Shown: piece by piece, positions 1 to 8,702 of the stretch
Layout of the letters: every line of letters starts with the position of its first letter
How positions within the stretch are numbered: the first letter of the stretch is position 1
IMG/VR virus record: IMGVR_UViG_3300011336_000437
Coordinates: 1-48,513 of that record
Direction: 5' to 3' (one strand)
Origin: a virus
Lineage: Duplodnaviria; Caudoviricetes
Length of the DNA: 48,513 nucleotides
Position numbers and translations under genes: made by a program
The notes under the pieces: model-generated
What the model was told of the DNA's origin: nothing
The model's input: only the letters and a program-made list of their open reading frames with translations
Database searches by the model: none

Positions 1-145
1 TTCTACCGTCTTCGTACTTGATCTTAACGTTGCCCAACATTGGACGATTGATGTGTTGAGATTCTAACAGATACATCTCCATAATCTCTACCTTGTAGGA
101 TCTACCTACCAAGCCATTTTCTCCGGGTGTGTACTTGACTTTCAT
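1..145 (-). CDS. Hypothetical protein, 3' end outside window (MKVKYTPGENGLVGRSY...)
   Basis: ATG preceded by the recurrent AAAGTT leader; open to the window edge. Confidence 0.65.
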   Translation of the reverse strand, partial: MKVKYTPGENGLVGRSYKVEIMEMYLLESQHINRPMLGNVKIKYEDGR

Positions 146-157
146 AACTTTGATTTT

Positions 158-409
158 TTATTCAGTTATTTCTATCTCTGCAAATCGGGCAATATCAACT
201 ATTTCCCATCCGACAGCGGTCCAGTCTTTAAATTTGCCATTTGCGAAGAACTCGCTTTCTTCTAAAACATCGCCAAGCAATGGAGTAGCCTCAGCTATTT
301 CTTTACAGTGTTGTAGCGCTTTTTCTCTATCAAGATATGTAGCAACTAAATCGTATGTCTGACGACCGTGTTTGTCTGTGTCTCCTTGAAAAACTTGATA
401 TGCTTTCAT
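158..409 (-). CDS. Hypothetical early phage protein
   Basis: 83 aa ORF, AAAAGTTATG start, tight gene packing. Confidence 0.8.
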   Translation of the reverse strand: MKAYQVFQGDTDKHGRQTYDLVATYLDREKALQHCKEIAEATPLLGDVLEESEFFANGKFKDWTAVGWEIVDIARFAEIEITE

Positions 410-419
410 AACTTTTATT

Positions 420-767
420 TTAGAGTGTACTAAGATCTATTGGCTCGAGCTTGTAAACATAGAGCGTAATGTTCTCTGAATAAAGTAAAATTTCGCCTTT
501 CTTCCACTGCTCGATCTGTGATTCGCTCGGCTTTGTATTGTCTTTGTCCACAGTTCTGGAGTCAAACAGCCTATTTTCATCAGTCTCTGTGTTCTCAGGA
601 AGGTAGTTCATGTAAAGTTCCTCTTTGTAGAACTGCTTGATGGCGTCTAGTACATTTTCCGCGGAAATTGTCAGATTTTGATACCACTCATTTACAAACT
701 TGCCTTCGCCTTCTGTGTAAGAGTCTTCATTAACTGTGTGTACACTTTCGATTCTGTATCTGTTCAT
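420..767 (-). CDS. Hypothetical acidic early protein, first gene behind promoter module 1
   Basis: 115 aa ORF; ATG directly follows the conserved leader CCCTGTTACCAAATCAAAC. Confidence 0.8.
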   Translation of the reverse strand: MNRYRIESVHTVNEDSYTEGEGKFVNEWYQNLTISAENVLDAIKQFYKEELYMNYLPENTETDENRLFDSRTVDKDNTKPSESQIEQWKKGEILLYSENITLYVYKLEPIDLSTL

Positions 768-950
768 ATTGTTTGATTTGGTAACAGGGTAAAAGTACCC
801 CTTTCTGGCGATATTATAAAGCTTTTTTCAAGTATTTTTAGAAGTTTTTAGTTCATCTAATACCAGAGCCCAGGAATAGAAAATGTCTAACCTGGAACTC
901 CAAAATTAGACATTTTTCAGTATTATAACGTATTGGTTTCCAATGGGGAG
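768..950 (-). repeat. Promoter/operator module copy 1
   Basis: Shares TTTGATTTGGTAACAGGGTAAAA.TACCCCTTTCTG.CGA and TATTTTTAGAAGTTTTTAGTT with other copies; -7-like TACTTTTA at 790-797; perfect 11 bp inverted repeat 880-890/906-916. Confidence 0.9.
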
Positions 951-981
951 ACCTTGGGCGCGGGTTTATTGCTTTGGGCTT

Positions 982-1302
982 CTATTTACGACTGATGCCA
1001 AAATAGCTATCATCGTCTGCTTGTCTCCTCTTACCGTAATCTGTAACTGGACCGTAGTCGTCTTCATCGTCATCTTCGTCTTTTACCTTTTCAACATCAG
1101 ACATGTGCATGCTGTGTGACCCTTCAGCGCCATCTATTTTTACTACAACAAATCCGCTTCTAATGTCGCTTACTGTTCCTTCTTGACCGTAAAACTCGCT
1201 TCCGTATGTTACGACAATACGATCTCCTATTTCTAAGGGTTCGTTTTGAGACTCTGTTAAAAGTCCTGCTATCTTCTGTAGCCTTGATATCTCTTTACTC
1301 AT
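982..1302 (-). CDS. KOW/SH3-like domain protein with acidic tail
   Basis: GDRIVVTYGSEFYGQEGTV KOW-like motif. Confidence 0.6.
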   Translation of the reverse strand: MSKEISRLQKIAGLLTESQNEPLEIGDRIVVTYGSEFYGQEGTVSDIRSGFVVVKIDGAEGSHSMHMSDVEKVKDEDDDEDDYGPVTDYGKRRQADDDSYFGISRK

Positions 1303-1409
1303 TACTTATACTTTTTTAGGATTGAATTGTTAACATCTATTCTCTTGTTGTTTTTAATTCCCGACCTTTTTGACTTCATCGGTCTTGGTTTTGGAGAAGC
1401 CTTTGCCAT
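1302..1409 (-). CDS. Small basic peptide (35 aa, MAKASPKPRPMKSKRSG...)
   Basis: Read manually; preceded by ATATTTAT motif at 1421-1428; stop abuts next start. Confidence 0.55.
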   Translation of the reverse strand: MAKASPKPRPMKSKRSGIKNNKRIDVNNSILKKYK

Positions 1410-1428
1410 TTCTTTTATCCATAAATAT

Positions 1429-1614
1429 TCAAGAACTTTGGTTAGAATTGACTATTTTCTTTTCTTTGATCAACTGCTTACACGTATTTCTTACGTCGTT
1501 CCAGTACTTGATCACGTCGGAATCCTCGATGTCCGATATTACTCCTTGTACAACTTCAATGGATTTCTCTCCGTACTTCTCAACCAAAAAATTAGCTCTT
1601 TCTTTTGTATTCAT
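1429..1614 (-). CDS. Hypothetical protein
   Basis: 61 aa ORF in packed minus-strand run. Confidence 0.65.
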   Translation of the reverse strand: MNTKERANFLVEKYGEKSIEVVQGVISDIEDSDVIKYWNDVRNTCKQLIKEKKIVNSNQSS

Positions 1615-1626
1615 ATAGTATATTAG

Positions 1627-2577
1627 TTATGCTTCTATCGTTTCGTAAGACTCTACCGTTCTGAGTCCTGAATAGTGACACATATTGATCTGCTCCCTGA
1701 TTCTTAGCAGCGCTGCTTCTTTCATTTTCGTTTCCAGCATGATGTCCACATCGATACCGTAAAGGTTTGGCAGAGCGTTAACGTAATCTGAGTGTGCTTG
1801 AGGCTTGATCTTGCTATCGCTCTCGTGCAGTGCTTTAGACTCTGAATAATGTACCACTGGTTTAATACCTTGTGGCCACGTAGATGCGGCAAGCTTAAGT
1901 GCATCCTCTTCTGACATAGCATCCTTCTGACATCTGTGATGGTGATAGTCAAACACAATAGGAATCCTAGCTTTTTCGTACAGATACATCAGATCTTTTA
2001 CAGTATATAATGACTCTTTGTCATCGTTTTCTATGGTAAGCCTAGACTTTACAGCGTCGCTTAGCGATTGAAAGTTATCTGCGAACCTTTGCAAGCATGC
2101 CATTTTGTCACCGTGAGTGCCACCCATGTGTATGTTGATCTTGTTGTACGGAGTCCTTGACAATCTCATAAGATCCATGATTTTACCATGAAGCTCGAGA
2201 TCCTTGATACCGTTTTCTACTACGTTTCTACTTGGACTGCTGAGAGTGGTGAATGGACCAGGATGCATAGTCAGTCGCATGTTATGGAACTTGGCAAAGT
2301 CACCAGCTTTCTTTAAAGCTTCTGCAATCTTCTTGTAGTCAGGTAGATCTGTAAGCTCTATAGTATTGCCCCAAGGAATCATATCGCTGCTCATTCTAAA
2401 AAAGAATATACCATTCCACCTGTTCCACTCTAATATGTGGATGAGATCTGATGCGTTTGCAAGAGAAAGCTTGGACTGATATGCTATACCTTTTTTGTCT
2501 AACGTACTCTTACGCATGGTCCTATTCGTGGTCCTAAATGGCATAGACGTATTGATACAAGCATAACCTAAATTCAT
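1627..2577 (-). CDS. uvsE: UV damage endonuclease UvsE/UVDE
   Basis: LGYACIN, FFRMSSD, LTMHPG, INIHMGG, LTIENDD, VFDYHHH, HYSES, AHSDY, MLETK motifs. Confidence 0.93.
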   Translation of the reverse strand: MNLGYACINTSMPFRTTNRTMRKSTLDKKGIAYQSKLSLANASDLIHILEWNRWNGIFFFRMSSDMIPWGNTIELTDLPDYKKIAEALKKAGDFAKFHNMRLTMHPGPFTTLSSPSRNVVENGIKDLELHGKIMDLMRLSRTPYNKINIHMGGTHGDKMACLQRFADNFQSLSDAVKSRLTIENDDKESLYTVKDLMYLYEKARIPIVFDYHHHRCQKDAMSEEDALKLAASTWPQGIKPVVHYSESKALHESDSKIKPQAHSDYVNALPNLYGIDVDIMLETKMKEAALLRIREQINMCHYSGLRTVESYETIEA

Positions 2578-2593
2578 AACTTATTTGTTTTAG

Positions 2594-2601
2594 TAAATGT
2601 A
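2594..2601 (-). promoter_or_regulatory. TAnnTTTA -7-type promoter box (also 9670, 11473, 21749, 23691, 24698, 29780)
   Basis: TACATTTA/TAAATTTA/TATATTTA/TAATTTTA short distances upstream of starts in intergenic gaps; resembles Bacteroidota TAnnTTTG. Confidence 0.65.
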
Positions 2602-2671
2602 ATCTATTCTATTCTAATAGTAAATTATAAATAATTGGAGCAATTTTTTATTTATTTACCATCTTATCACG

Positions 2672-3064
2672 CTAAGAACTAATCTTCTTTTTTCTCTCTC
2701 TTACTCTTATTTTCTTTTCTTGTTGTATAAGTTCTGAATAATAGTATATAGTGATAGGAATAATTGGACTTATTATATTCATGGCTACGAATTTTTGAGT
2801 GAATCCAATTTCGAACCAATAATAAAGTACGTTAATGGCCCAAGAAATTATACCAAAAAATATAGCTGTGTTTCTTTTACCGTACATAGTAAAAAGGTAT
2901 ATGCTAGACTCTAAACTAACTGCGAATATCCAACTCATAACGGTAGCGAAAACACTACTTTCTTCACCAATAAGAAAAAATAAACTTGCTGCGTGGGATA
3001 TTTGAGTTAATAGCGCGCAAATAATGGTAACTCTTATAATTGTTTTTTTATCTATTTTTATCAT
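2672..3064 (-). CDS. Multi-pass membrane protein with basic C-tail
   Basis: About four hydrophobic segments. Confidence 0.7.
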   Translation of the reverse strand: MIKIDKKTIIRVTIICALLTQISHAASLFFLIGEESSVFATVMSWIFAVSLESSIYLFTMYGKRNTAIFFGIISWAINVLYYWFEIGFTQKFVAMNIISPIIPITIYYYSELIQQEKKIRVRERKKKISS

Positions 3065-3077
3065 ACAAACACTTTTG

Positions 3078-3320
3078 TTAATTTATAAGAACTCCTCGTG
3101 TTGGAAACTTTTGATCTTTAGCAAACTCTTGTAATACTGTTTGGTGAAGACTCTTAACTTTCTCGTGAGCTCCATAGTACCACTGAGTATTAACATCTCT
3201 TATGACTTCTATTTCTACCAGCTCTTTTAAATCGTTACATCCTCCCTCGTAACCGTCTACAAGAACTGGAAGGTTCGGATCCAGCTCTTGTAGTTTTTCT
3301 ATCAGTTCTTTTACGATCAT
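3078..3320 (-). CDS. Hypothetical phage protein (MIVKELIEKLQELDP type)
   Basis: N-terminus and DGYEGG motif typical of small phage proteins. Confidence 0.8.
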   Translation of the reverse strand: MIVKELIEKLQELDPNLPVLVDGYEGGCNDLKELVEIEVIRDVNTQWYYGAHEKVKSLHQTVLQEFAKDQKFPTRGVLIN

Positions 3321-3326
3321 ACGATT

Positions 3327-3623
3327 TTATTTTGCGTCGTTGTAAGGTCGCTTGTACTGTCGAGTTCTGTTGCTGTCATAGACCTCGTCAACTTCTTTCT
3401 CTTTTCCGCTATTGATCTTGTTAACCACTACTTTAGCGTATGCTTCTGTGCTGAACACACCGTACACATACTCTGTCTTTTTAGCGTGATTCACTGTGTA
3501 GACCCTAAACGGAAACTCGTCAGGATTCACATAGGTTTGAGATAGAGCGTGAGTTCTTGATGGTGATTTTACCAACACTTTCTTGTAACTTGGATACATC
3601 GATTCTTGCAATTCTTTTGCCAT
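3327..3623 (-). CDS. Hypothetical protein
   Basis: 98 aa ORF. Confidence 0.7.
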   Translation of the reverse strand: MAKELQESMYPSYKKVLVKSPSRTHALSQTYVNPDEFPFRVYTVNHAKKTEYVYGVFSTEAYAKVVVNKINSGKEKEVDEVYDSNRTRQYKRPYNDAK

Positions 3624-3635
3624 GTTTTTTTAGTT

Positions 3636-4022
3636 TTAATTATATAGATTGATTGATTCTTTTGTGTTCGTATCATAGCACTCCCAATATTGTCCATCGA
3701 AAATGTATACATAGTCTATGGCAGTATTACTCAACAGATTTTCTAGTGTGCTGATACTTGAGCTAACTCCAGTTTCTCCTCTATCCCTACCGTACGCCAA
3801 ACAATAATCTCTAACTCGATTATCGAAGTCTTGTTTCTCGCCTATGAATTTACCTAGCACGCTCAAATCACCCAGCTTGAGTAGCTCGTTTACTCGATTG
3901 ATGTTGGTGTAATTCTCGGTAAGGATTTTTCCATTATGCTCTGGATAACCGTCAAAGTGACAGTAAATGTACTTTATGGTTCCGTCTGCATTTCTAATTC
4001 CTATGTTTGATCTTGTTGACAT
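3636..4022 (-). CDS. Conserved phage protein (MSTRS...YCHxDGYP family)
   Basis: MSTRSNIG, IYCHFDGYPE, YGRDRGE, DYVYIF motifs. Confidence 0.85.
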   Translation of the reverse strand: MSTRSNIGIRNADGTIKYIYCHFDGYPEHNGKILTENYTNINRVNELLKLGDLSVLGKFIGEKQDFDNRVRDYCLAYGRDRGETGVSSSISTLENLLSNTAIDYVYIFDGQYWECYDTNTKESINLYN

Positions 4023-4058
4023 AACTTTTATTTTTTAGAATGAGTGATTTGATTGTTC

Positions 4059-4226
4059 TTACTTGCCGAGTATTAACACTTCTATTGTGTAGTCTCCATT
4101 GTACGCTCTATTTTCAGGGTGAGTGAGCCACACTCTAAAGTCATCTTCCTTGATCTTGAGTTTATCTCCATCCCATGCTTGTTCTATTGTCTCTAAGCTT
4201 TCTAATTCTCTTTTTGTGTATTGCAT
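4059..4226 (-). CDS. Small hypothetical protein (MQYTKRELESLE..., 55 aa)
   Basis: Read manually; AAAAGTTATG start. Confidence 0.6.
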   Translation of the reverse strand: MQYTKRELESLETIEQAWDGDKLKIKEDDFRVWLTHPENRAYNGDYTIEVLILGK

Positions 4227-4231
4227 AACTT

Positions 4232-4594
4232 TTATTTTTCGTAACCAAATCTTTTAGCGTCGCTGTGTCCCATTTGCACATAGTCTACCTTAACTGTTTT
4301 CTGCAAAGACACATCTTTTATGACGCCTGTGAGTCTGTCTTCCAATAGAATTTGTGCTGTGCCATCGTAGATATCAAGCTCTATGCTACTGAAGTACTTG
4401 TCGGCATCTTCGTAGGTATCGAAGACTTCGGTAACTGTATCGTCTTCATTGTATCCATCGAGAAGCTCGAACTCTTGGTCTCCGTACTCGTCGACTATGG
4501 TTACCCACGGTCCAGTGGTTACGAAGAACTTGTTTGGCAACTGTCCGTCTCCTATGATCTCTGAAGCTAGCTGTTTCTTTTCTAAATTTGTCAT
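4232..4594 (-). CDS. Hypothetical acidic protein
   Basis: 120 aa ORF, AAAGTTATG start. Confidence 0.75.
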   Translation of the reverse strand: MTNLEKKQLASEIIGDGQLPNKFFVTTGPWVTIVDEYGDQEFELLDGYNEDDTVTEVFDTYEDADKYFSSIELDIYDGTAQILLEDRLTGVIKDVSLQKTVKVDYVQMGHSDAKRFGYEK

Positions 4595-4625
4595 AACTTT
4601 GATTTTAGTTTTTTGATAATGATTA

Positions 4626-5273
4626 TTATTTAAGTTTGCATGTTCTTACATGACGATCATAATTATTTCCATTTATAGCGATTAGTTTTTTGCAATATTC
4701 GCATTCTACTTTTTTATAAGCTAATCCTTTTTTTCCTGAACTTATCCTATCTCTAATTTCTTGAGATCTTTCTCCCATTTGTTTTCCTTTCCTGGACTTA
4801 GAGATATTATCCTTATGCTCTTGAGTTCTAGTACATTTTTTCTTTCCTTTATTGGAGTTAGATATTTTATTTTTAGTCTCTTCTGAAAGAGATCTTTTTT
4901 CTCTATTAAGTGCTGCAAATTTCATTTTTTCAATGGCTTCTACTGTATGCTTATAACCTCGATGCTTAATTTTCTCTTCCTCCGATCTATTTCCCAGTCT
5001 TCCCTCTCCTCCGTCTGTTTCATTTACTAATGGACCTTTTTTCTTATCTTTTCTACCAATATCAGATATCATTCCAATCTCAATTTTAATAGCTTCTTCC
5101 CAAGATATTCCGTCCAATAAAATATCTGCTTCGAAGCCTAAAGCTTTCTTCACAACACTATGCCAATGTTTATTTCTACGTTGAATAGAGAATGCTCGCT
5201 TTTTTTCTTTTCCTATTCCTATATAAAATATTTCTCCAGTATCTAATCTTCTATGTTGATAGACTATAGCCAT
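4626..5273 (-). CDS. Free-standing GIY-YIG-like homing endonuclease with NUMOD3 repeats
   Basis: VYQH...FYIGIG..KRA, E..MI, LVNETDGGEG, repeated (H/L)SEETKxKIS-type motifs, C-terminal CxxC; start moved to MAIVY behind ATATTTAT motif. Confidence 0.8.
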   Translation of the reverse strand: MAIVYQHRRLDTGEIFYIGIGKEKKRAFSIQRRNKHWHSVVKKALGFEADILLDGISWEEAIKIEIGMISDIGRKDKKKGPLVNETDGGEGRLGNRSEEEKIKHRGYKHTVEAIEKMKFAALNREKRSLSEETKNKISNSNKGKKKCTRTQEHKDNISKSRKGKQMGERSQEIRDRISSGKKGLAYKKVECEYCKKLIAINGNNYDRHVRTCKLK

Positions 5274-5312
5274 AGTTTTTATATAAATATGTCTGACTTG
5301 ATTAAGATTCAA

Positions 5313-6257
5313 CTATTGATCTACGCCTTCTAATTCGAAACTAATCGTTGCGGATTCTACTTCATCTTCCACAACTGTACCATAGTCAATGCGATCGTTA
5401 CTTAATTGATATCCGAATTTCATACCAGATTGTCCATTTCTATTTTTTGTGAACTCTATATAAGTCCCTCCTCCATCTCTATCAGATTCTCTTCTTAATT
5501 CCATGTGAGAATCGACTAGATGTTTAATTTTATTCGATCCAACAAAAACTCCTGATTTGGTAACTTGTTGAATAAGTAAAAACGTAGAGAAACAGTTTCT
5601 GTCATTCGATCCTTCGTTATTTTTCGAGCAAAGATCGATAAGCCATTTTTCTGCTTGAGATTGAGAAATTTTATTATCGTCTTTCACTTGATCAAATACT
5701 TCTACTATGCTGTCAACTACGATATAATCGTATCCTCTAGAAAGAACTTTCTCTACGACGTTTTTAAAATTGTTGTTCAAAAAATCAGCCATAAACAAAG
5801 TCTCTAATTCTCCAAAAATAGGAAACCTCTTCATGTACTTATACATCTGTATTTTTCCCATTTCACCACTGATGAAGAGACACTTAAGCTTACGATTATT
5901 GACTTGAAGATTGGCAAGCGTGTGAAGCAATACCGTAGTCTTACCTACGCCTGGATCGCCTGTACACATGATGTTGGTGCCAACGGGTACTCCACCTTCG
6001 TAAGAAAAGAGCTGATCGATCGGCTGGCCAGTTGTATTACGCTGAAGCATACCCTCAGTGATGTCGAGGTTCCTAAGCTTACCGACTTTTGAAAGGTCGA
6101 TGTGTTCGGGCTTAGAGATCGTAGCTTCGTTGGCTTCGATACTGGATCCACGCTTTGCGCCTTTGGATGCGAGATACTGATCGACTGTGATGCCGAATTC
6201 TTTTGCTTTTAACTTTGCGTAGTACAACTGGCCGTAACTAAGATTCTTTTGATTCAT
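5313..6257 (-). CDS. RadA/Sms-like RecA-superfamily ATPase
   Basis: Walker A GDPGVGKT, ISGEM, Walker B IVVDS, KHLVD, KNRNG; start moved to 6257 because the upstream part is the repeat module. Confidence 0.85.
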   Translation of the reverse strand: MNQKNLSYGQLYYAKLKAKEFGITVDQYLASKGAKRGSSIEANEATISKPEHIDLSKVGKLRNLDITEGMLQRNTTGQPIDQLFSYEGGVPVGTNIMCTGDPGVGKTTVLLHTLANLQVNNRKLKCLFISGEMGKIQMYKYMKRFPIFGELETLFMADFLNNNFKNVVEKVLSRGYDYIVVDSIVEVFDQVKDDNKISQSQAEKWLIDLCSKNNEGSNDRNCFSTFLLIQQVTKSGVFVGSNKIKHLVDSHMELRRESDRDGGGTYIEFTKNRNGQSGMKFGYQLSNDRIDYGTVVEDEVESATISFELEGVDQ

Positions 6258-6445
6258 GCTCTTTTGATTTGGTAACAGGGTAAAATTACCCCTTTCTGGC
6301 GACATTGTAAAGCTTTTTTGAACTATTTTTAGAAGTTTTTAGTTTATCTAATCCTGGTTCCCCGGGCTGAAGATTTTTCAGTCCAGGGGATCCCCAAGTA
6401 GTTGATTTTCAGCCTATTTCTAACTGGTTGGTTACCAATGAATTG
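6258..6445 (-). repeat. Promoter/operator module copy 2
   Basis: Same core; TAATTTTA at 6281-6288; palindromes at 6347, 6377, 6395, 6421. Confidence 0.9.
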
Positions 6446-6478
6446 CCCGAGCTCTCTGGGAGCTCACTGGCCACTCGA

Positions 6479-6970
6479 TTAAACTAACTTAAGTATTGCT
6501 TTGGTTATCTTATCTTGAGCGTCCCGTTTACTCGAATCTACTATAGATCTGTATTGATTGAAGTAGTAATTGAACATCTCACTCCTATATTGGCCGATTG
6601 GTAGGTCTGAAATTTTGTTCATATTATTGTCGTACATGGATCTTTCTTTTGATACTATGGCAGATAGCGTATTAATTTGACGCTCTAGAATGTAATTAAT
6701 TTTGTCCTGTTTAGTGTAGTATTTAGCGCTCCATCTCCCGTGTTCGTTCTTATATAATCCGCAATCTCCACCACCGTTTACTAAATATCCACTACGATAA
6801 CCTTTGGATAAATTAGTCGCATAAAACCCTCGATCGTATTCACGTTTATAGACATAATTCTTTCCTTTACAAATTCTGAGCAATGCTTTGATCATATCAG
6901 TGTACCTAAAGTCATTACCATTTGCAATCATGAAGTCTACGATCTGTTTTTTTACTGTTACTTTTTTCAT
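6479..6970 (-). CDS. Hypothetical basic protein
   Basis: 163 aa ORF. Confidence 0.75.
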   Translation of the reverse strand: MKKVTVKKQIVDFMIANGNDFRYTDMIKALLRICKGKNYVYKREYDRGFYATNLSKGYRSGYLVNGGGDCGLYKNEHGRWSAKYYTKQDKINYILERQINTLSAIVSKERSMYDNNMNKISDLPIGQYRSEMFNYYFNQYRSIVDSSKRDAQDKITKAILKLV

Positions 6971-7015
6971 TTCTATTAGTTGTTATTATGAGTTATTAAA
7001 GGTTATTAAGGCTTA

Positions 7016-7378
7016 TTAGTCTACGATTATGATCATCTCTGGATCTTCTTGCTCTTCCTCTTCTTCTACGAATTCTTTAGCAAGTTCTTTCTCGATAGCT
7101 TTGAGCTTTGCTTTGCTTACCTTGCCATACCACTTAGTAGTGAAACGATTGATGCTCATGTCGCCTTCGTCAACTAGAAGCTGATCGAGCATGATGTTGT
7201 AAGGTAATTCCATGGCTTCTTTTGGTCCGTCTTCATCTGCCCACTCTACCAATACAGAACAGTTTGGATTGTTCTTTGAATGGATCTGTGCGGCGACATA
7301 AGGATCTTTTGGCATGATAGCTTTAACCGTTTCTTTCTTAGTGAACCAATCTGTGAGGGTGAGTTTGCACTTTATCAT
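7016..7378 (-). CDS. Hypothetical protein with acidic tail; probable paralog of 8118..8498
   Basis: Shared PNCxV...MxxPxN...EGxMS...KWY pattern. Confidence 0.75.
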   Translation of the reverse strand: MIKCKLTLTDWFTKKETVKAIMPKDPYVAAQIHSKNNPNCSVLVEWADEDGPKEAMELPYNIMLDQLLVDEGDMSINRFTTKWYGKVSKAKLKAIEKELAKEFVEEEEEQEDPEMIIIVD

Positions 7379-7470
7379 ATAACTTTTATTTTAGTTTAGG
7401 TGAATTGTTTGAAGTTCTTTTGGAAAGTGAGGATATATAATAACTGGACATTCTATAGCTTTCATAGCTT

Positions 7471-7908
7471 TTATTTTATTTTCCACGCGTGTTTTACGAT
7501 GCGTTTTGGTTTTAGAAGAAGACTCGCGTGATCTAAGATCTTACCGTCATTGATAGCTAAGGCGTGTCCTGATACTAGCACAAAATAATTTCCTATTGGA
7601 TATTCTTTGGCAAATGTGCCTACAGTCATTTTACAAACAACTTCTTTGTTACTGTGTTTGATATGATACACTTTTTTTGTGCCTATTTTTGGTACTCCAA
7701 GAGTTTTAGTAAAGTAAGCATCTAAAGTGTTTGTGCGTACGCCTTTTTTCTTTTTTCTTAACCACATGTTCTCAGCAACATTATATGCTTGGTCATAAGA
7801 TGAACCTGTTGTAGCTGCTAAAGCTAATACGGTACAATTATTAGAATCATTATTCAACTGCATTGATACTCCTTGCTTAATGACTTGATTTGTGATTGTC
7901 TCTTGCAT
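7471..7908 (-). CDS. Putative papain-like/C39-type peptidase-fold phage protein
   Basis: NNCTVLALA ... GHALAINDGKILD (Cys-His-Asp spacing). Confidence 0.55.
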   Translation of the reverse strand: MQETITNQVIKQGVSMQLNNDSNNCTVLALAATTGSSYDQAYNVAENMWLRKKKKGVRTNTLDAYFTKTLGVPKIGTKKVYHIKHSNKEVVCKMTVGTFAKEYPIGNYFVLVSGHALAINDGKILDHASLLLKPKRIVKHAWKIK

Positions 7909-7913
7909 AACTT

Positions 7914-8096
7914 TTATTTTGATGAGTGAACCGGAACGTAATTTATAGCCTGCTTTCCTGACACAGTGTTGATATTGTGAGAAGACGTGTACCTTTCGTT
8001 AAGCATATCTAAGCTACGTCTGCGTCTTAGGTGCTTTCTGAAGTTGGGACTTGGCATCTTGCCTTTGTCTCCACCGAATCTGTTAATGGTCTGCAT
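7914..8096 (-). CDS. Small basic protein
   Basis: 60 aa, AAAAGTTATG start. Confidence 0.65.
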   Translation of the reverse strand: MQTINRFGGDKGKMPSPNFRKHLRRRRSLDMLNERYTSSHNINTVSGKQAINYVPVHSSK

Positions 8097-8117
8097 AACT
8101 TTTATTTTTGGATTTGA

Positions 8118-8498
8118 TTAGAAACAAACAGAGTCACGTGATGCCCAATCTTCGGCGTCGTAGCGCTCAAGGGTGGCGATATCCTGGTCGATAGACGTGT
8201 CTCGCAATTCTCTAATATCGTCATCGCTTTCTTTTGCACCAGTGTACCACTTATCCATGTACTCTTCCCAACTCATACGACCTTCGTTGTAAGCTTGCTC
8301 GTCTTTCTCTTGATTCAGCGGAGGACTCATCATAAAATTGTCAGAATCAATGACGAAGTTAACTTGACAGTTAGGAAGCATTTCTCTAAAAGCCTTGTAG
8401 TTAGCCTCTGCGATTCCCATATCGCCGTTAACTTCAACTGTGCTGTCAATGATTGTCTCGTGGGTCAGGTAGTCGAAAGCGAAGATCTTAATAGTCAT
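8118..8498 (-). CDS. Hypothetical acidic early protein, first gene behind module 3
   Basis: 126 aa; probable paralog of 7016..7378. Confidence 0.8.
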   Translation of the reverse strand: MTIKIFAFDYLTHETIIDSTVEVNGDMGIAEANYKAFREMLPNCQVNFVIDSDNFMMSPPLNQEKDEQAYNEGRMSWEEYMDKWYTGAKESDDDIRELRDTSIDQDIATLERYDAEDWASRDSVCF

Positions 8499-8701
8499 AC
8501 TGTTTGATTTGGTAACAGGGTAAAATTAAGACAAAAGGGCTATACGAAAAAATCCTGGCAAAGAATTTTTGAAAGTTTTCAAATTATTCAGTCCAGGATC
8601 AAAAGGCTATATATTATCTAATGGGGAGCCAAAAAGCTGCGAAAATGTAACCCTCTGGAAACCAACCAGTTATGATTAACTGATTGGAAACCAATAGGTT
8701 A
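8499..8701 (-). repeat. Promoter/operator module copy 3 (most divergent)
   Basis: Leader and TAATTTTA conserved; palindromes at 8587, 8617, 8648-8672, 8677-8701. Confidence 0.85.
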
Positions 8702-8702
8702 T

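Noticed and set aside
4035-4061. Possible read-through of TAA in the 55 aa ORF adding EQSNHSF
   Set aside because: Only seven codons, no structural signal; cannot be judged without homologues.
5272-5316. Repressing hairpin over the NUMOD3 endonuclease start
   Set aside because: Only 6 AT-rich bp (ATAGTT/AACTAT); too weak to support.
6258-6305. N-terminal MSPERGNFTLLPNQ shared by ORFs 5313..6305 and 18082..18288
   Set aside because: It is a translation of the repeated promoter; its ATG lies upstream of the -7 box.
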